Assembly: GCF_021028975.2 (NCBI RefSeq) | Contig: NC_059425.1 | Location: 155,372,001-155,436,000, forward strand | Reading direction: 5' to 3' | DNA from: Sphaerodactylus townsendi | Lineage: Eukaryota | DNA length: 64,000 nucleotides | In this document: piece after piece, positions 37,456 to 50,748 of the stretch | How the letters are laid out: each line of letters opens with the position of its first letter | Numbering within the stretch: the first letter of the stretch is position 1 | Position numbers and translations under genes: made by a program | Notes under the pieces: generated by a model | Database searches by the model: none | Told to the model about the DNA's origin: nothing | Seen by the model: the letters and a program-made list of their open reading frames with translations, nothing else

Positions 37456-39699
37456 GTGACATGGAAAAAGGCAGGACAAAATAGTGGTTCTTTCAGAAGC
37501 TCAGACAGCATACTGCCGTGGTGGCGAACCTTTGGCACTCCAGATGTTATGGACTACAATTCCCATCACCCCCTGCCAGCATGGCAATTGGCCAGGCTGG
37601 CAGGGGCTGATAAGGTGTAATCCAACATCTAGATATAAAATGCTGCTCCTACTAACCTCTGGAACAATTCAGAAGCACAAGTTAGAACCTGAAAACAGAA
37701 GAAAGTAGTTTTCATAAAATGTGGCTGAATTCTGAGATGTCAATGGGAGGTTTTTTTTAAAAAGTTTTTAAAATCCATTAGTAATCGGGAGCCCAAATGG
37801 TTGTGTTTGAAGTGACACAAAAGTGTCACTTCAGTGACGTTAGTAGTTGGCTGTTCAAACAGATTATAATTGTTTAGAAAGGAATATTACACGTCTAAGA
37901 TCAGGGAAAAGTAAGACAGTTGCTTCTGGTATTAATTTATTGGCCTAGCTTTAGCATATTTGTGAACTGATGCTTGCATATGTATGTGATACGTTATGTA
38001 TCAAAGGAAAGTGTGATGAGGCTCTCAGAGTTGGCTGAAGCCAATTAGGTGATGGTAAATCACTAGAGATTGGAGCGGGATACCAGGACGTTAAATATTT
38101 ACATTTGGATTGTTACCCATCTCAATTATCAGCATGTGTTTTTATTCCACTCTTTATTTCTTTGACTTTACTTCCCTATATATGTGTACTCAAAACCCGA
38201 AGCAGTATATTTAGCATTCTTCCGGTGCTGGGCTTCTTTGGACCCAAACTGTAAAGTACTGGCATACTTGAAAGCTGCATAAATGGCAGATCAACTAATA
38301 TTACAGCCTAGAAAGGGAAATACATTCCAAATGCAGAGGTCTGGTTTTGAGTTGCAGCTTACCTGTATTGTAGTCTTTTAGAAAGAAGAGAATGTACAAC
38401 AAACACACCTTTCTACCAAGTATCTTGCACCTTACCTCTGTCCTCTCTATTCTTTTTGTTGCCCATTTACTTTTTCTGTTGTGTGGGTTGAGTAGGGGGT
38501 TGGACTACCACCCCTTTTCAACTTTATGATTCTATGCAACTATGCAGGAAAGAGTAAGAGACAGGAATTAACCAGGTTGCCAGAACTTTGCCTGGCAATC
38601 CTAGAAGCCTTTGAGGGTGCAACATGGGAGTACTGTCAGAGTGGCAGCATGGTGTCACTTCTAGGTTTGACATGAAAATGATGTCATGGAGTCATATTGA
38701 TGGAGAATTTGGATGTATTTCTTCCTGCTGGCCTACCAATTGTAAGTTGAGGGTTGTCAGGGGAGTTTCCCACCATAGCAGGTGGCCTGCCAACCCTAGT
38801 AATAACCCAAACTCCACATTATTAGATAATCACTATACTTTACGCAAAATCACCAACAAAATATTCACGAGAGCCCTTTTTACTGTAATACTATCTTTAG
38901 CTTTCTTTCCACTTCCATGGGTTTTGTTTTTTGCTGTTTGCATTATTCAGTACATCAGTAAAAAATACACAGAAGTCCTATGACCCCTTAAAAACGAACA
39001 GATTTTTGGTGGTAGACGCTTCCATGGAATGGAATTCCCATTATCAGATGAGTTAACAGCATTAGCTTTCAGACAAGTTATCCATCTCTTATTATTTTTA
39101 GGGTGGATTGTGTTTGCTTCTCTTTATCTTTTTATTGATAGTTTTTTATCTTTTTATTGATAGTTATGTTTCATCATTTCCTGTACTTTTATTAATAGGT
39201 AAAAGTAGCAGCCCCCATTTATTTTTAAGAACTATCCATGTGAATTAAAATTATTAAATGTGTGTATGTTAGATTGGGAAAGGGACTTTTTGATTTATTG
39301 TTGATTAGCTATTTTTTAATAAAATTCCTTATCTTCATCAGCTAAATCTATATTGAAATGTAAGCAGCATATTGCTCTGAAATTAACCTATGTAATTCCC
39401 TGGCTAAATTGATCCTGGTACTTAGTACCTTTTCCAAATGTGCTGTATTCCTGTGGCATGGGTATTAATCACCTCTAGCCAGCATGTCCCAAGATGAACT
39501 TTTAGTTCTAAGTAAACAGATATGCCTTACCACATTGTCTTGTCTCGTTCCCCTTGGTTAATAGTGCCCCTGTTTAAGTTTCCTCTTGTCTAGGGGAATC
39601 TTCTAGGGAAGGGGCTATGGCAGAACATCCCAAATTCAGTCCCCAGCATCTGTACTGGTAGGGATCATTGAACAGAAAGTTACTTTTATGATCAGGGAA

Positions 39700-40900
39700 G
39701 GCTCCAGGCCTGGATTTAGTGCCTAACCATTTAAGGCTAATTCAGCACAACGGGCTATGATTTTATTCCAAATCATCTATGAAATTAACCTCTGATGGAA
39801 AATCCTCATGATTTGGAAACTCTCTATTATTGTTCCAATTTTTAAGAAAGGTTCCAAAACAGATGCAGCAAATTGCTATCCCATCAACCTTCTCGCATCA
39901 GTGGCAAAGATATATAATTCATATCTATACCTCAAATTAGAGGAATGGATAACCTCTATTAATATATTAGGATGAGAACAATTTGGCTTTAGGAAGGGCT
40001 TTGCTCCTTAAGATCATTACTTAAATTTTACCTCTGAAAAATATAATACATAAGGTAAATTATTTGTCACATTTATAGATCTTAAAAGAGATTTTGACAC
40101 TATATCTAGGACTAGACTGTAGGGAAAATTGGAGCGTACTTCAATTGACAAAGATTGCTTTGGCTATTAAAAAAACTCCTCATCTCTCTTGTGTGGCTCA
40201 AATATGCTGTGGAGAAAAGGGACCCCTTATGGAGTGCTTTCATCTCGATAGAAAAGTGAAGCAAGACTATCCCTTTTGGCACCCTTACTTTTCAATTTGC
40301 ATTTGAATGACCTTGCAATTGCTGTCTCTTCAGCAGAATTTCATCCTTCACACTAATGTTCAAATGCATTAACCCTACTCCCTTATGCAGATGATGCTAT
40401 TCTTATATTTTGGATCCAGTCATATTGAGAAGACTCGTAAACTGCTTCTCAAAATACTGTAAGTCTGAAAAACTTCAGATCAGTTATTCAAAATGGAAGG
40501 TTATAGTTTTCTCTGAAGCCAAAACCATCTTTATGGCTTGGATAACTGATGATACCCAATTATAACAAGTTTCTAAATTCCATACCTGGGCTTGATTTTT
40601 GTCCTAATATCAACTGGCAATCCCATTTCAAATTTATAACAAACCAAATTTAACCCTCAGTGAAAGCAATTGAACACATTTTCTTTTCCAAGGAAGGCAA
40701 ATATATTCCATGAGGATTTGCAGGTCTTCAGCATGAAAATTATTCCACAGCTCATATATAGAGTCTCAGTGTGGATTCTTCAGGCCAGTAAGAATTTAGA
40801 CCATCTTTTGTGTCAAGTTATTCCACAGCTCATATATAGAGCCTCAATGTGGATTCTTCAAGCCAATAAGAATTTAGACCATCTTTTGTGTGAAGTTTGG
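39700..40900 (+). mobile_element. Degraded non-LTR retrotransposon RT, same type as 26410-27700
   Basis: PIFKKGSKTDAANCYPINL, QFGFRKG, FVTFIDLK, LPYADDAIL motifs read across frames. Confidence 0.75.
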
Positions 40901-41124
40901 GATGAATTGTTTGTTTATTTCTGTAATTTATACCTTGTCCTATACCATAGTCTCAGGATGACTAACAAGTGGGGATGAAACCCACATTAAAACATACAAA
41001 GTTAAAATGTCATGGAACCTTTTGGGGCTTTAAACATAATTGTCCATACCTTGAATTGGGCCCAATAACAAATAGGGAGCCAGTGCAATTCGTTCAAAGC
41101 TGGTGTTATATGTAACCTACCAGA

Positions 41125-41960
41125 TTGACCTGTCAGAAGTTTAGTTACTGCATTTTGCACCAGCTCCAACTTTCAGACCATCTTCAAGGGAAGCCCTATG
41201 TAGAGCACATTACAGTAGTCAAGACAAGAAGTTACCAGAGCGTACAAAGCTGGCGAACCAGTCAGAGCTGCTGGTTGGCACTCCTGGCTACTGCTGCCAC
41301 CTGCAATTCCAAGGACAAAGCAGAATCCAGGAGCACCCCCAGGTCTCGTACCCAGTCCTTCAGGTGCAACACCGCTTCATCCAGCACAGGGTGCCCCATG
41401 ATCTCATGGACATGGGGACCCACCACCCACAATACCTCCATCTTATTTGGATTCAGTTTCAGTCTGTTGGTTCTCATCCATTCCAATACCACTTCCAAGC
41501 AAGCATCCAACACCCGAAGAACCTCACCTGAATCAGATGGAAATGAGAGGTAGAGCTGGGTGTCATCTACATATTGATGATACCTCACTCCAGATCCTCT
41601 GATGACCTCTCACAGCGGCTTCATATAGGGGGGATAGCACCAAGCCCTGGGGAACCCCACAGTGAAGCTCCCAGGGCTAGGAGCAATAATCCCCCCACTG
41701 CTACTCTCTGGAGCCGGCCCCAAAGAAAAGACGGGAACCACTGCAATACAGTGCTCCCCAATCCCAACCCATGGAAACGCTCCAGGAGGATACCTTGGTC
41801 AATGTTACCAAAAGCAGCAGAGAGATCCAGGAGAATTAACAAGGAGGTATTCCCCCTGTCCCTCTCCCATGAAAGGTAATCCATCAGGACGACCAAGGTC
41901 ATTTCTGTGCTGAAACCCCTCCTGAAACCAGATCAGAATGGATCTAGATAATCAGCTTCC
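41125..41960 (-). mobile_element. L2 LINE RT fragment
   Basis: LLILLDLSAAF (ORF 41621..41902); YHQYVDDTQLYLSF...LKLNPNKMEVL...VRDLGVLLDSAL (ORF 41262..41588). Confidence 0.9.
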
Positions 41961-43298
41961 TAGATCTAGATACTCAGAATTACAAGAACCCCAACATGTG
42001 TAGCTGGGGTAATTTTAAGGTTAGAACTGGGTCAAGGCTCTATTCAGGCTAAAGTATGGCTGCAAGCATTTAAATATAGATTAAAGTTTTTTTTTCAACA
42101 AAGTATTGCCTGTGCTATGAACTGTCAAGATCAGTTTTATTCTTGTTGGATGCAAGAAACAGATTTTGATCTAGCAAAGAATGACTTATTAAGACTTTGA
42201 AAAGAGAATCTCTGTCAACTACTAAGAAACATATAAAATCCATATTATTTCAGTTCAATTATATGAGCTCTAACCAGTTCTTTGACATCCTTCCTTCTCT
42301 AAATATCCCAAGCTTACATCAGAAATCTATCAGTCCCTTGTATTTGCAGAGCACTTATGCTTGTATGTCTGAATGCTGTCCCTTCAGCAGTTTTATAGGA
42401 GATACCATAGCCTACCATATTCAGATAGAGTTTGCCAACGTGATTTGAAAAATTTATCCTAAATAATATTGAAATGTCCTCACCTTAACTCTCAGCATTA
42501 TTTATGGATTGTCCCTATTTTAGCTAAATCACTTTTTTACTGTAATAAAGGTTAATGTAGACCCCTATTTACTGGTGGACAGAGACCCAACGATTATATT
42601 GGCAGTGGCCAAATATCTTTCCACCATATTTTCATTAAAGGCATAAGGACTTCCTATCTTCTCAAGATCATTAGATAAAAAGAGCTTGAAAGAAAGGAAA
42701 GGACATGGATCAGACAGTAATTTGTGAAAGACATCCATCTTAGAGAACCTCTGCCAGTCACAGTAGACAACATTGGTTTTGATGGTCTGACTCAGCGTAA
42801 GGCATTATCATGTGTAGTAGTTGTCCCAAAACAATTACTCAGTTAAGTGGTCACTTTAGGTCCTTGAGTTAGGTGGGGGGGATGGTTTTAGAACATGATA
42901 AAACCCATACATTTATGAAATACTTGCTGCTGAGAAAATGTTGTAAATTCATGGGTCATGGTTTGTTTTGCGCCTGTTCAGCCTGAAAAAGTTCTAGGAA
43001 AAGGAAAGGAACTAAGGTAAGTGTGAGAAGGGGCGCCACGGGGGGGCATTGGGGGGGCAGAAAATATAGACTAATATGCTTGAGCGGGCATTGAAGTTTG
43101 GCTCCCAACTTTACACCTGCCACCTGGGAATAAGGCCATACAGTCCGCATTCCAAAGTAGGCACTTCCTGCAGAGGAACTGATCTCGGTTTCCTCCTCCA
43201 TTCCGGGTGGGTAGAAGAAATAATAGTTTATTATGTGCTACAATTCTGCAAGGTCACTATATTTGTTTGAAACATTTATGGACCATGTTCTACATATA

Positions 43299-43773
43299 GG
43301 CGTTTCCGCACGGCGGCGGAAACGGCTGGTCGGCGCATTCCGCGCCAACCCGAAGTCACTGGGACTGTCGACGGGATGTTCCTGGAAGGCGTGGGCGCCA
43401 GCGCCCAGCAGGCGCCCAGCCCGCCGACGGCTTGTCCTGGGCCTCCGACGCGTCGCCGAGGCCTGGGGACGCCCCAACTCTTGGCGCCGTGCTTGAGCGG
43501 CACAGGCCAGGGGAAATCCCCAGGCATAAACTGGAAGGCAGAATGGAAAATAAGATACCCGAGTCTTGGCGGGCATGAAGCCACTGCCGTTAAACGGCAG
43601 CGGCTGCGGCAGCGTATTCCAAGAACGCTTCCCAGCGTTCTGGGAATCTCGGCTTCTGAACCAACCAGAAGCAGAAGGCGCTGGCGCTACCTTTCGCCCG
43701 TCGCGAATGGCGGCCTGGAGACGGCGTTTTTACCGTCTCCAGGCTGTCATTTTCTGCCCGTGCGGAAACGGCC
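43299..43773. mobile_element. CpG-rich PIF/Harbinger-type non-autonomous element
   Basis: Termini GGCGTTTCCGCACGG / CCGTGCGGAAACGGCC flanked by ATA on both sides. Confidence 0.8.
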
Positions 43774-43808
43774 ATAGTGTCTAAGGCAGTGAACAGTTTC
43801 TAACTACT

Positions 43809-44234
43809 GGGAGCCAGCATGGTGTAGCGGTTAAGAGCAGTGGACTCTAATCAGAAGACCCCACTTCTCCACATAAGTGATGGACTCTTATCTGGTGAAC
43901 TGGATTTGTTTCCCCACTCCTACATTCCTTCTGGGTAACCTTGGGGAAGTCACAGTTCGTTCAGAACTCTTTCAGCTCCACCTACCTCACAAGGTGTCTG
44001 CTGAGGGAAGAGCAAGGGAACGATGTTTGTAAGCCACTTTGAGGCCCCTTCCGCACATGCAAAATAATGCGTTTTCAAACCACTTTCACAACTGTTTGCA
44101 AGTGAATTTTGCTATTCCGCACAGCTTCAAAGAGCTCTGAAAGCAGTTTGAATGTGCATTATTTTGCATGTGCGGAATGAGCCTGAGTCTCCTTACAGCA
44201 GAGAAAGATGGGGTATGTATTAAAACTCCTCTTC
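43809..44234 (+). mobile_element. Squam3-like SINE interrupted by a MITE
   Basis: Same head and core as 3796-4042. The sequence resumes after 44183. Confidence 0.75.
44043..44183 (-). mobile_element. 141-bp PIF/Harbinger-type MITE, copy 3
   Basis: Near identical to 18530-18670, TSD TGA. Confidence 0.9.
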
Positions 44235-45329
44235 TAAAAATGTAAATGTATAAAATATAACATAATATAAATTTATTTTAGAAAATGAACAACCCCCCCC
44301 CAAACAGAACCAAGCGTTTAAAATAATATTTTTATTTTCTCAAGTAGAACCATGTTAATGAAAACCAGCGTCAGTAGAGAAATAAAACAGTACAGAATAT
44401 AACAAGGTAATTTTTAAAAATGCTGAAACAAATCTGTATCATGGATTTTCTGCTTTACTAAACAGTGGTTCTATTGTGCTTTATTTTGATTTGTGCCTTA
44501 GTCCTCTGAACTGCAATAAAGTAAACTTACATTTAAGAAGTTGACAGTACATTCTCCTATAGCTGATGGATGACTTCAAGAGTGAGATTACTCCAAGTCC
44601 ACATTCTGAAAAGCAATGACTGAAAAGGAATGACTGGTTCTAGGGGTTTTGCTGCAGCTAAGTAGACCATTGCTCCCAAGGTGGTAGCAAAAGTTGAATT
44701 ACATGATGGGATTGAAAATTGCAGGTTGATAGGAAAGAGAATAATGCTTTTCTATATACCGTTCTATCACAATCCATGTCTAAATCCATATTGTGGCCAA
44801 TTTCTGTTTCTGGTTATTTCTTTATATGTTTCTAAAGATCAGGATAAACATTGGTTTGGGCAGACACCACAACCCCTATGATGTAAGAAGGCTATGAGGA
44901 ATCATGTTAATGTGATAGACTAACAGATCACACAGGTCAGACACCTGAAGCTGCAAGCCACAGCATACAGAGAAAGCAAAGCAAACCTATGTTAGAGGGC
45001 AAGACCTGATGCAAATTTGACATCAGCACTTCTCAAAAAGTAGATGAAGGGTGTGCCTTTTGACAAGGAAACTGTGTCACAAGTAGTAATAGGAGTAGCA
45101 TTACTGCAGCACTAGGATTTTCTTGCTTCAGAGTGCAACAAAGGAGGCTAAGGGCCAAAATAGACTCTGAGAGGATCACAGATTTCCATGCATTGGTAAA
45201 AGGCAAATAGCAAGCATGCACAGTTCAGGTCAGAACTGCGTGGGTAAAGTGTCCAGTGCCAAATTGTACCTGTGATTCATTTTATATACCCAAGAATTGA
45301 TTAAACCCTTTAATATGATAGGTCTATGG

Positions 45330-45475
45330 CCGTGGTGGCGAACCTTTGGCACTCCAGATGTTATGGACTACATTTCCCATCAGCCCCTGCCAGCATGGTC
45401 AATTGGCCATGCTTGCAGGGGCTGATGGGAATTGTAGTCCATAACATCTGGAGTGCCAAAGGTTCGCCACCACTG
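45330..45475. mobile_element. Palindromic hAT MITE (146 bp); partial relatives at about 37517-37630 and 13708-13775
   Basis: CCGTGGTGGCGAACCTTTGGCACTCCAGATG / CATCTGGAGTGCCAAAGGTTCGCCACCACTG, exact 8-bp TSD GTCTATGG. Confidence 0.9.
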
Positions 45476-46404
45476 GTCTATGGGGTGAGGAAAATTGGGC
45501 TTTGAGAATGGGCATTGCAACTGCAAAGACCCAATTCCTGCTGCAAAGATCTTTTAAACTATGAATGAGAATGCTCTTGGTAATGAAAAGATTCTCAGGA
45601 GGTGAGGTAGGACTGAGCTTATAGGATGGAACATCCTCTGAGGCTTATCTTTTACCTAGTCATTTTTAAGCAGTGAGGACCAATCTTCATCACAGCTTGA
45701 AGAAACTCTTGAGAGAGATAAGTTGGTCTTGAAAGGCTTGAGTCTCATGGAGACTGTGTTCTGCTGAGGTTGACAAGAAGTAAGTGACAGCCTTCCTGCC
45801 TCTCTTCAGCATAAAAGCCGTTGAGAACTAACACATGTGGGCTCTCAGTGTTTGTTGGCAGCATGAGAGAGGCTTCAGTCATTGGTGGTTTTAGGACTCT
45901 AGTAGAGAGTATTTTTTTTTTTGGAATTTGACATTTTCTATCTTTAGAGTTCCTCCTTACCATTATATAGGGACCCAATCCTATTTATATATTATTCTGA
46001 TATATAGCCAGTTAAGTGAAATTATTTTTTTCAGTCCTTTTACTGACATTTCTTTGTGATTGAGTATTATCTCTCATTACTGTCGTTTCTCTATTATGGT
46101 AGCTATTAATATTATTCCGAGAGAATAAAAACTACACTGCTTGATGTAGCGTTGCAAAAAGAATGCCAAGAAATCCAGTAGAACTGCAAGTCACTACAGC
46201 TGTCACGTTAAAAACCAAGCTAACAAAAGCCATACAAAAGCATTGTAAAAAAACCCAAATGATTAGAGTGACTATTAGCAAGAATGTTATTTGAAAAGTT
46301 AAATATAATGCACCTCCATTGCCCAAGTGACTAAAATTTATGTGTGTAATAGAGAGACAGAGAGAGAAATGGAATTCAAGATATCAAACAGTGTAAAGCC
46401 AACG

Positions 46405-46513
46405 TATTGTCGAAGGCTTTCATGGCCGTTTTCAACTGGTTGTGGTGGGTTTTCCGGGCTATGTGGCCATGGTCTCACCACGGCCACACAGCCCGGAAAA
46501 CCCACCACAACCA
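46405..46513 (-). mobile_element. Very short Penelope-type terminal fold-back insertion
   Basis: Begins TATTGTCGAAGGCTTTCA like 51443. Internal inverted repeat. Flanking direct repeat TGTAAAGCCA. Confidence 0.7.
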
Positions 46514-47239
46514 ATGTAAAGCCAGTTTCTATTGAACCAATTGCTCATTTATTAAACTAACTACTATAGGGGGGTGGGGAGATCAGTAAGTGCAATATGC
46601 TGTCTGTGCTGGCAGATTAGGCCTACCTATGGAATGGAATGTTTAATTTCTATACCGCCCCCCCCCCCCAAAGGGCTCAGGGCGGTGCACAACAATATAA
46701 TAATAAAATATATATAACAATAACAATCATAATCATAACATCAGCAACAGCAGCAATGAACATCAAATCACTTTTTACAATGCAAACACTTCAAAACATC
46801 AATAAATAGAACAAATTAAATAAAATACAAAAAACAAATTCCAAAAATATAGTACTATACAGATGGCAACTGTAAAACAAATCCTCACATTAACAATAAG
46901 TCAGTTTTGGTAAGGAAGAAAACGGGGAACAAAGCCCAGGACTAATCTAACTACTAATGGTTCTAGTACAAGCAAAAATCCAAACTACCCTAACCACTAA
47001 CATCAATTAATGTACTACCTAAGCTAAGCTAGACAGTAACCATACCTAATACTAGCCACATGATGCTCTGATAGGTCAGCTAAAGCACTGCAGAATAGAC
47101 TCCTGAATAGTGAGGTGGGCAGGGAACTGATTGGAGCACTGAGAATTAGACCTTCCACCCACCTGTAGCACTTCCACCTTCTCAGAATTAGGCGTCAGTT
47201 TGCAAGTTTGCATCCACTCCAAAACTGCCTCAAGGCACT

Positions 47240-47580
47240 GTGGTGTTCATGGTTTTTACAGCCTCTGTGGAATCTTTTAGATAGAGCTGAGTATCATCTA
47301 TATTGAAGGGAGATGTCCAGTAAGGTACTATAGGGCTTGGTTCTGGGTCTGGTATTTTTCAACATTTTTGTAAATGATCTGGATGACAGGGTGGCGGGGG
47401 GCTACATGTTAAATTTGGAGCTGACACAAAATTGGGAGGAGTAGCAAACACCTCATAAGATAGAAATACAATTCAGTGAGGTCTGCGCACACTGGAAAAT
47501 GGGCAGATGTGAACAAGATACAATTCACCAAGGAAATGCAGAGTTCTAAATCTGGGTAACAAAAATAAAAAGCATATTGG
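47240..47580 (+). mobile_element. CR1 LINE RT fragment
   Basis: VLGLVFFNIFVNDLD...KFGADTKLGGVANT (CR1 FADDTKL region). Confidence 0.75.
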
Positions 47581-49271
47581 CATGCAGGCCCATAGCAAGA
47601 CTGGGGGGGCGGGGTGTTCTAAAATGCCCTACTGTCATGTCTTAGTATCATACACTGTCTGGACTAAGATGGAGACCTGTCTTAATTCATGAACTTTGAT
47701 ACTAAGAGGAGTTTGCCAGACACATGCTGTTTATTTAATTGTTATTTATTTTCCCAGGTAGGAAAGTTAAAGATGTTTTTTCTCGAAATGTGTTTGCTTT
47801 GTTTTTATATTAAGGGTAAAATGATGACATTTTTGACAATGCATTTCGGTAGTTTCAGTTTGGTACACATATGTTGTTGAGAAAAGGATATTAAGAATTC
47901 TGTGCTTCGTAATAAAGAAAACGTCAAGGAGACAAGAGGCACACGCAGAGAGTTAAGCAATCTGAGAGTTTCAATAGAGCGATATATCATATATTTCCAG
48001 CCAAATTGCTTCTTTGTTGCTGGTTTTGTGAGTTCACTTCAGAAAATGAAAATACTCAAAGTGAATTGGAATGTTTGTGAAGGTCCTTAGATTGAAAGTG
48101 ACATTTTATTGTAGGAGTACCTTTACTTAGTTTTATAGTTTAACTCTCTGGTACATTTTGCTATTTAAAAAGTTATTTTGGCCCCTAAAGGCTGAGCTGT
48201 GATGTAAACAAACATTTTATGTGAAGTTATTGTCAACATCACATCGGACTCTTGTATGCAGAGCAGGTCTAGCATCCAAAGGGAAACATATGATCTTGTA
48301 CAGAATAAACAAGCACTGCAGTCCAGACTAATTCAGTGTACGTTGAATACAGATCTTAAATGCTTCAGGGGAAAAGAAAGGAAAGGAAGCTAGGGTTTGG
48401 ACTTTGCTGTTATCCATTAATGGCATATAAAACAATTAATTCTAAATATACAATTCCTTTGCTTCCATAATGACTATGTGTAGTAAGCTATTTGCTCCTT
48501 AAGGACTCTATTTAAAAAGGCATAAGGGAAAATGACATGTTCATTCAAATTAAGAAATGCATTTAAACAATACAACATGAATAAAGTAACTTTTAAAATA
48601 ACCTTAGTGAGGTATGCTTGATTGTTTATTTAGTTGATACAAAAGTTTAACAATGCTTTCCCCTAAATCTGATGACATGTGCTATCAATAAAGAGAAAAG
48701 CTGTCTTTAGCTAATCTGTTCACCTGCAGTTCTGCATGCAAAGTGCATAGATGTTAAGGCACCAAAATGGCATTTTTATTATTTTTAACTAATTAATATA
48801 ACTGACAAGATTAAGAAAATATTGAATACATGCAAAAATGTTATCTGATTGGTCTGTTCCAAACATTGTAATAGCAATTAACTATCTCTAAATATCCATT
48901 GTAAATTATATTTTATTACTTTAAGTTAAATTTATCCACTAGTATCTACAATACAAATCAAGATTTCTTTTTAAACATAGGGCCAATCTTTCTTTTTTTA
49001 ATTCTATTGCAGGGGTTTTAAAACAGCATATTCTTGAATTATAAAATATGCAAAAATTGAAGAAATGATACACCTCCTGCTAACCATTTCTATGGGTGTC
49101 CTATCAGCTAATGATACCATATTAGTACCACTCAGAGTGCATGTAGTGAAACAATAAATTTGAACCCTTTTCTTTGTCAAAGGTTTTCTACAAATAACAA
49201 GTCACATGCCAAGGAGGTTGTTTCTCACCTACTTCTCTCCCAGACATTTTAAGGCACTAACTACATAACAA

Positions 49272-49480
49272 GGAGCTCCATGGCACAGAGTGGTGAGCTG
49301 CAGTACTGCAGTCAAAAACTCTTCTCCTTACCTGAGTTTAATGCCTATTAGAGTCGGTTTCAGGTAACTGGCTCAAGGTTGACTCAGCCTTCTGAGGTTT
49401 GTAAAATGAGTACCTAGCTTGCCTAGTAACTGCCATGATTTGAGGTGACACCACGGGGCAGTAATGACTTGGTGCTATCT
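49272..49480 (+). mobile_element. Sauria SINE (degraded, internally deleted)
   Basis: GGAGCTCCATGGCACAGAGTGGT...GGCTCAAGGTTGACTCAGCCTTC...GTAAAATGAGTACC, the hallmark Sauria SINE core. Confidence 0.75.
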
Positions 49481-50079
49481 TTGACTACATAATACACTGT
49501 TGTCATGAGTTAAATGGCCTCAGATTAGGGGATCCCTATGGTTTTACCAGCAGTTGTTGACCTCCTGTGCACGGTGAGGCATGAACATCTGGAACACCAT
49601 AGGTTGGCCACCCCTATCCTAACTAAAATCAGGACCCACAGACTTGGATATTGAGTTTCCAATGTGGAATTCAAAAGTACTTATGGAGAAAAAAAAGGAC
49701 CCAGCCAGGACCTGGAGCAAATTTAACATGTAGTGAGGCTTTAAATTTCTTTGTGCAGGGCTGGGTTTTTCCATCTTTTCTGGAGCATTCAGACATGCAA
49801 TTCCCCATTGTGGTCTGAACAAACATAGTCTAGCAAAACCATTTTTAAACTGTAATTTGCTGCTGGTGCCCACTGACATACCTGAAACTAAGGTCAGATT
49901 GAGAATGAAACTCTCCAGAAAGTGTAAATTGATACCATCAAAGAAGTTGTGACTTTTTAATTAGGGTTTGTGAAGCACTTGCAAGCCCTTTCTTGTTCCT
50001 TCTGGTTGGCTCTTGGTGGCATGCCACCTCCTCTCACTCCCCAAGGATACCCAAAACAAACTAGTAAATGACTCCAACA

Positions 50080-50748
50080 CAGGGGTGGGGAGCCTTTTTT
50101 CTGCCAAGGGCCATTTGGACATTTATAATATCATTTGCGTGCCATACAAAATTATCCCAAGGCCATGTCCCTCCTGCCCCTCAGTAATTCATTACAGCTC
50201 TATTCTGTTCTCTCCACAGTCCACTCCTGACATTCACCCAATCACCAGGTGAAAGCATCACCGCCTTCCCCTCGGTCCACCAATTAAAACACTTGGCAAG
50301 ACCCAATTCCAACCAGTGGCGAATTGGAGAGGGTTAACAGCAGCAACACAAGGGGGGAGACTAATGGAAGAGACTAACCTCCACTACTCCTCTCACTTTC
50401 ATGTCTTCATCTGGTGTAATTAGCATCTGTGGCTCCTGCCACACTTTGGTGCTCTAAGCCCCCAGAACAGATCTCTAGGTGCCTGCTCCAGCTGACACAC
50501 ATTCCTGGCCAAAATGGGGGGGGGGCAGGGAAGTGACAGATGGAATGAGCGTGAAGCGGCGATGAAACAAGATGGCGGCAGGCTGGGACTTAGACATAGG
50601 GTAAGCTTCACCCCCTTACTTTTCCTCCTCCTTATTGTCTTCTTGACGCGTCCAATTTCCAGGTGCAGGAGGGATGGACGACGGCAGGCCAGACCAAATG
50701 ATTTCATGGGCCGTGTACGGTCTGCAGGCTGGATGTTCCCCACCCCTG
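50080..50748. mobile_element. hAT (Charlie-like) non-autonomous transposon
   Basis: TIRs CAGGGGTGGGGAGC / GTTCCCCACCCCTG. 8-bp TSD CTCCAACA/CTCTAACA (1 mismatch). Confidence 0.8.

Noticed and set aside
43233-43784. CpG-island-like region with ORFs, suggesting a promoter or first exon of a nested gene
   Set aside because: It is bounded by TIRs and a 3-bp TSD, and the ORFs are low-complexity Arg/Ala-rich, so it is explained as a MITE.
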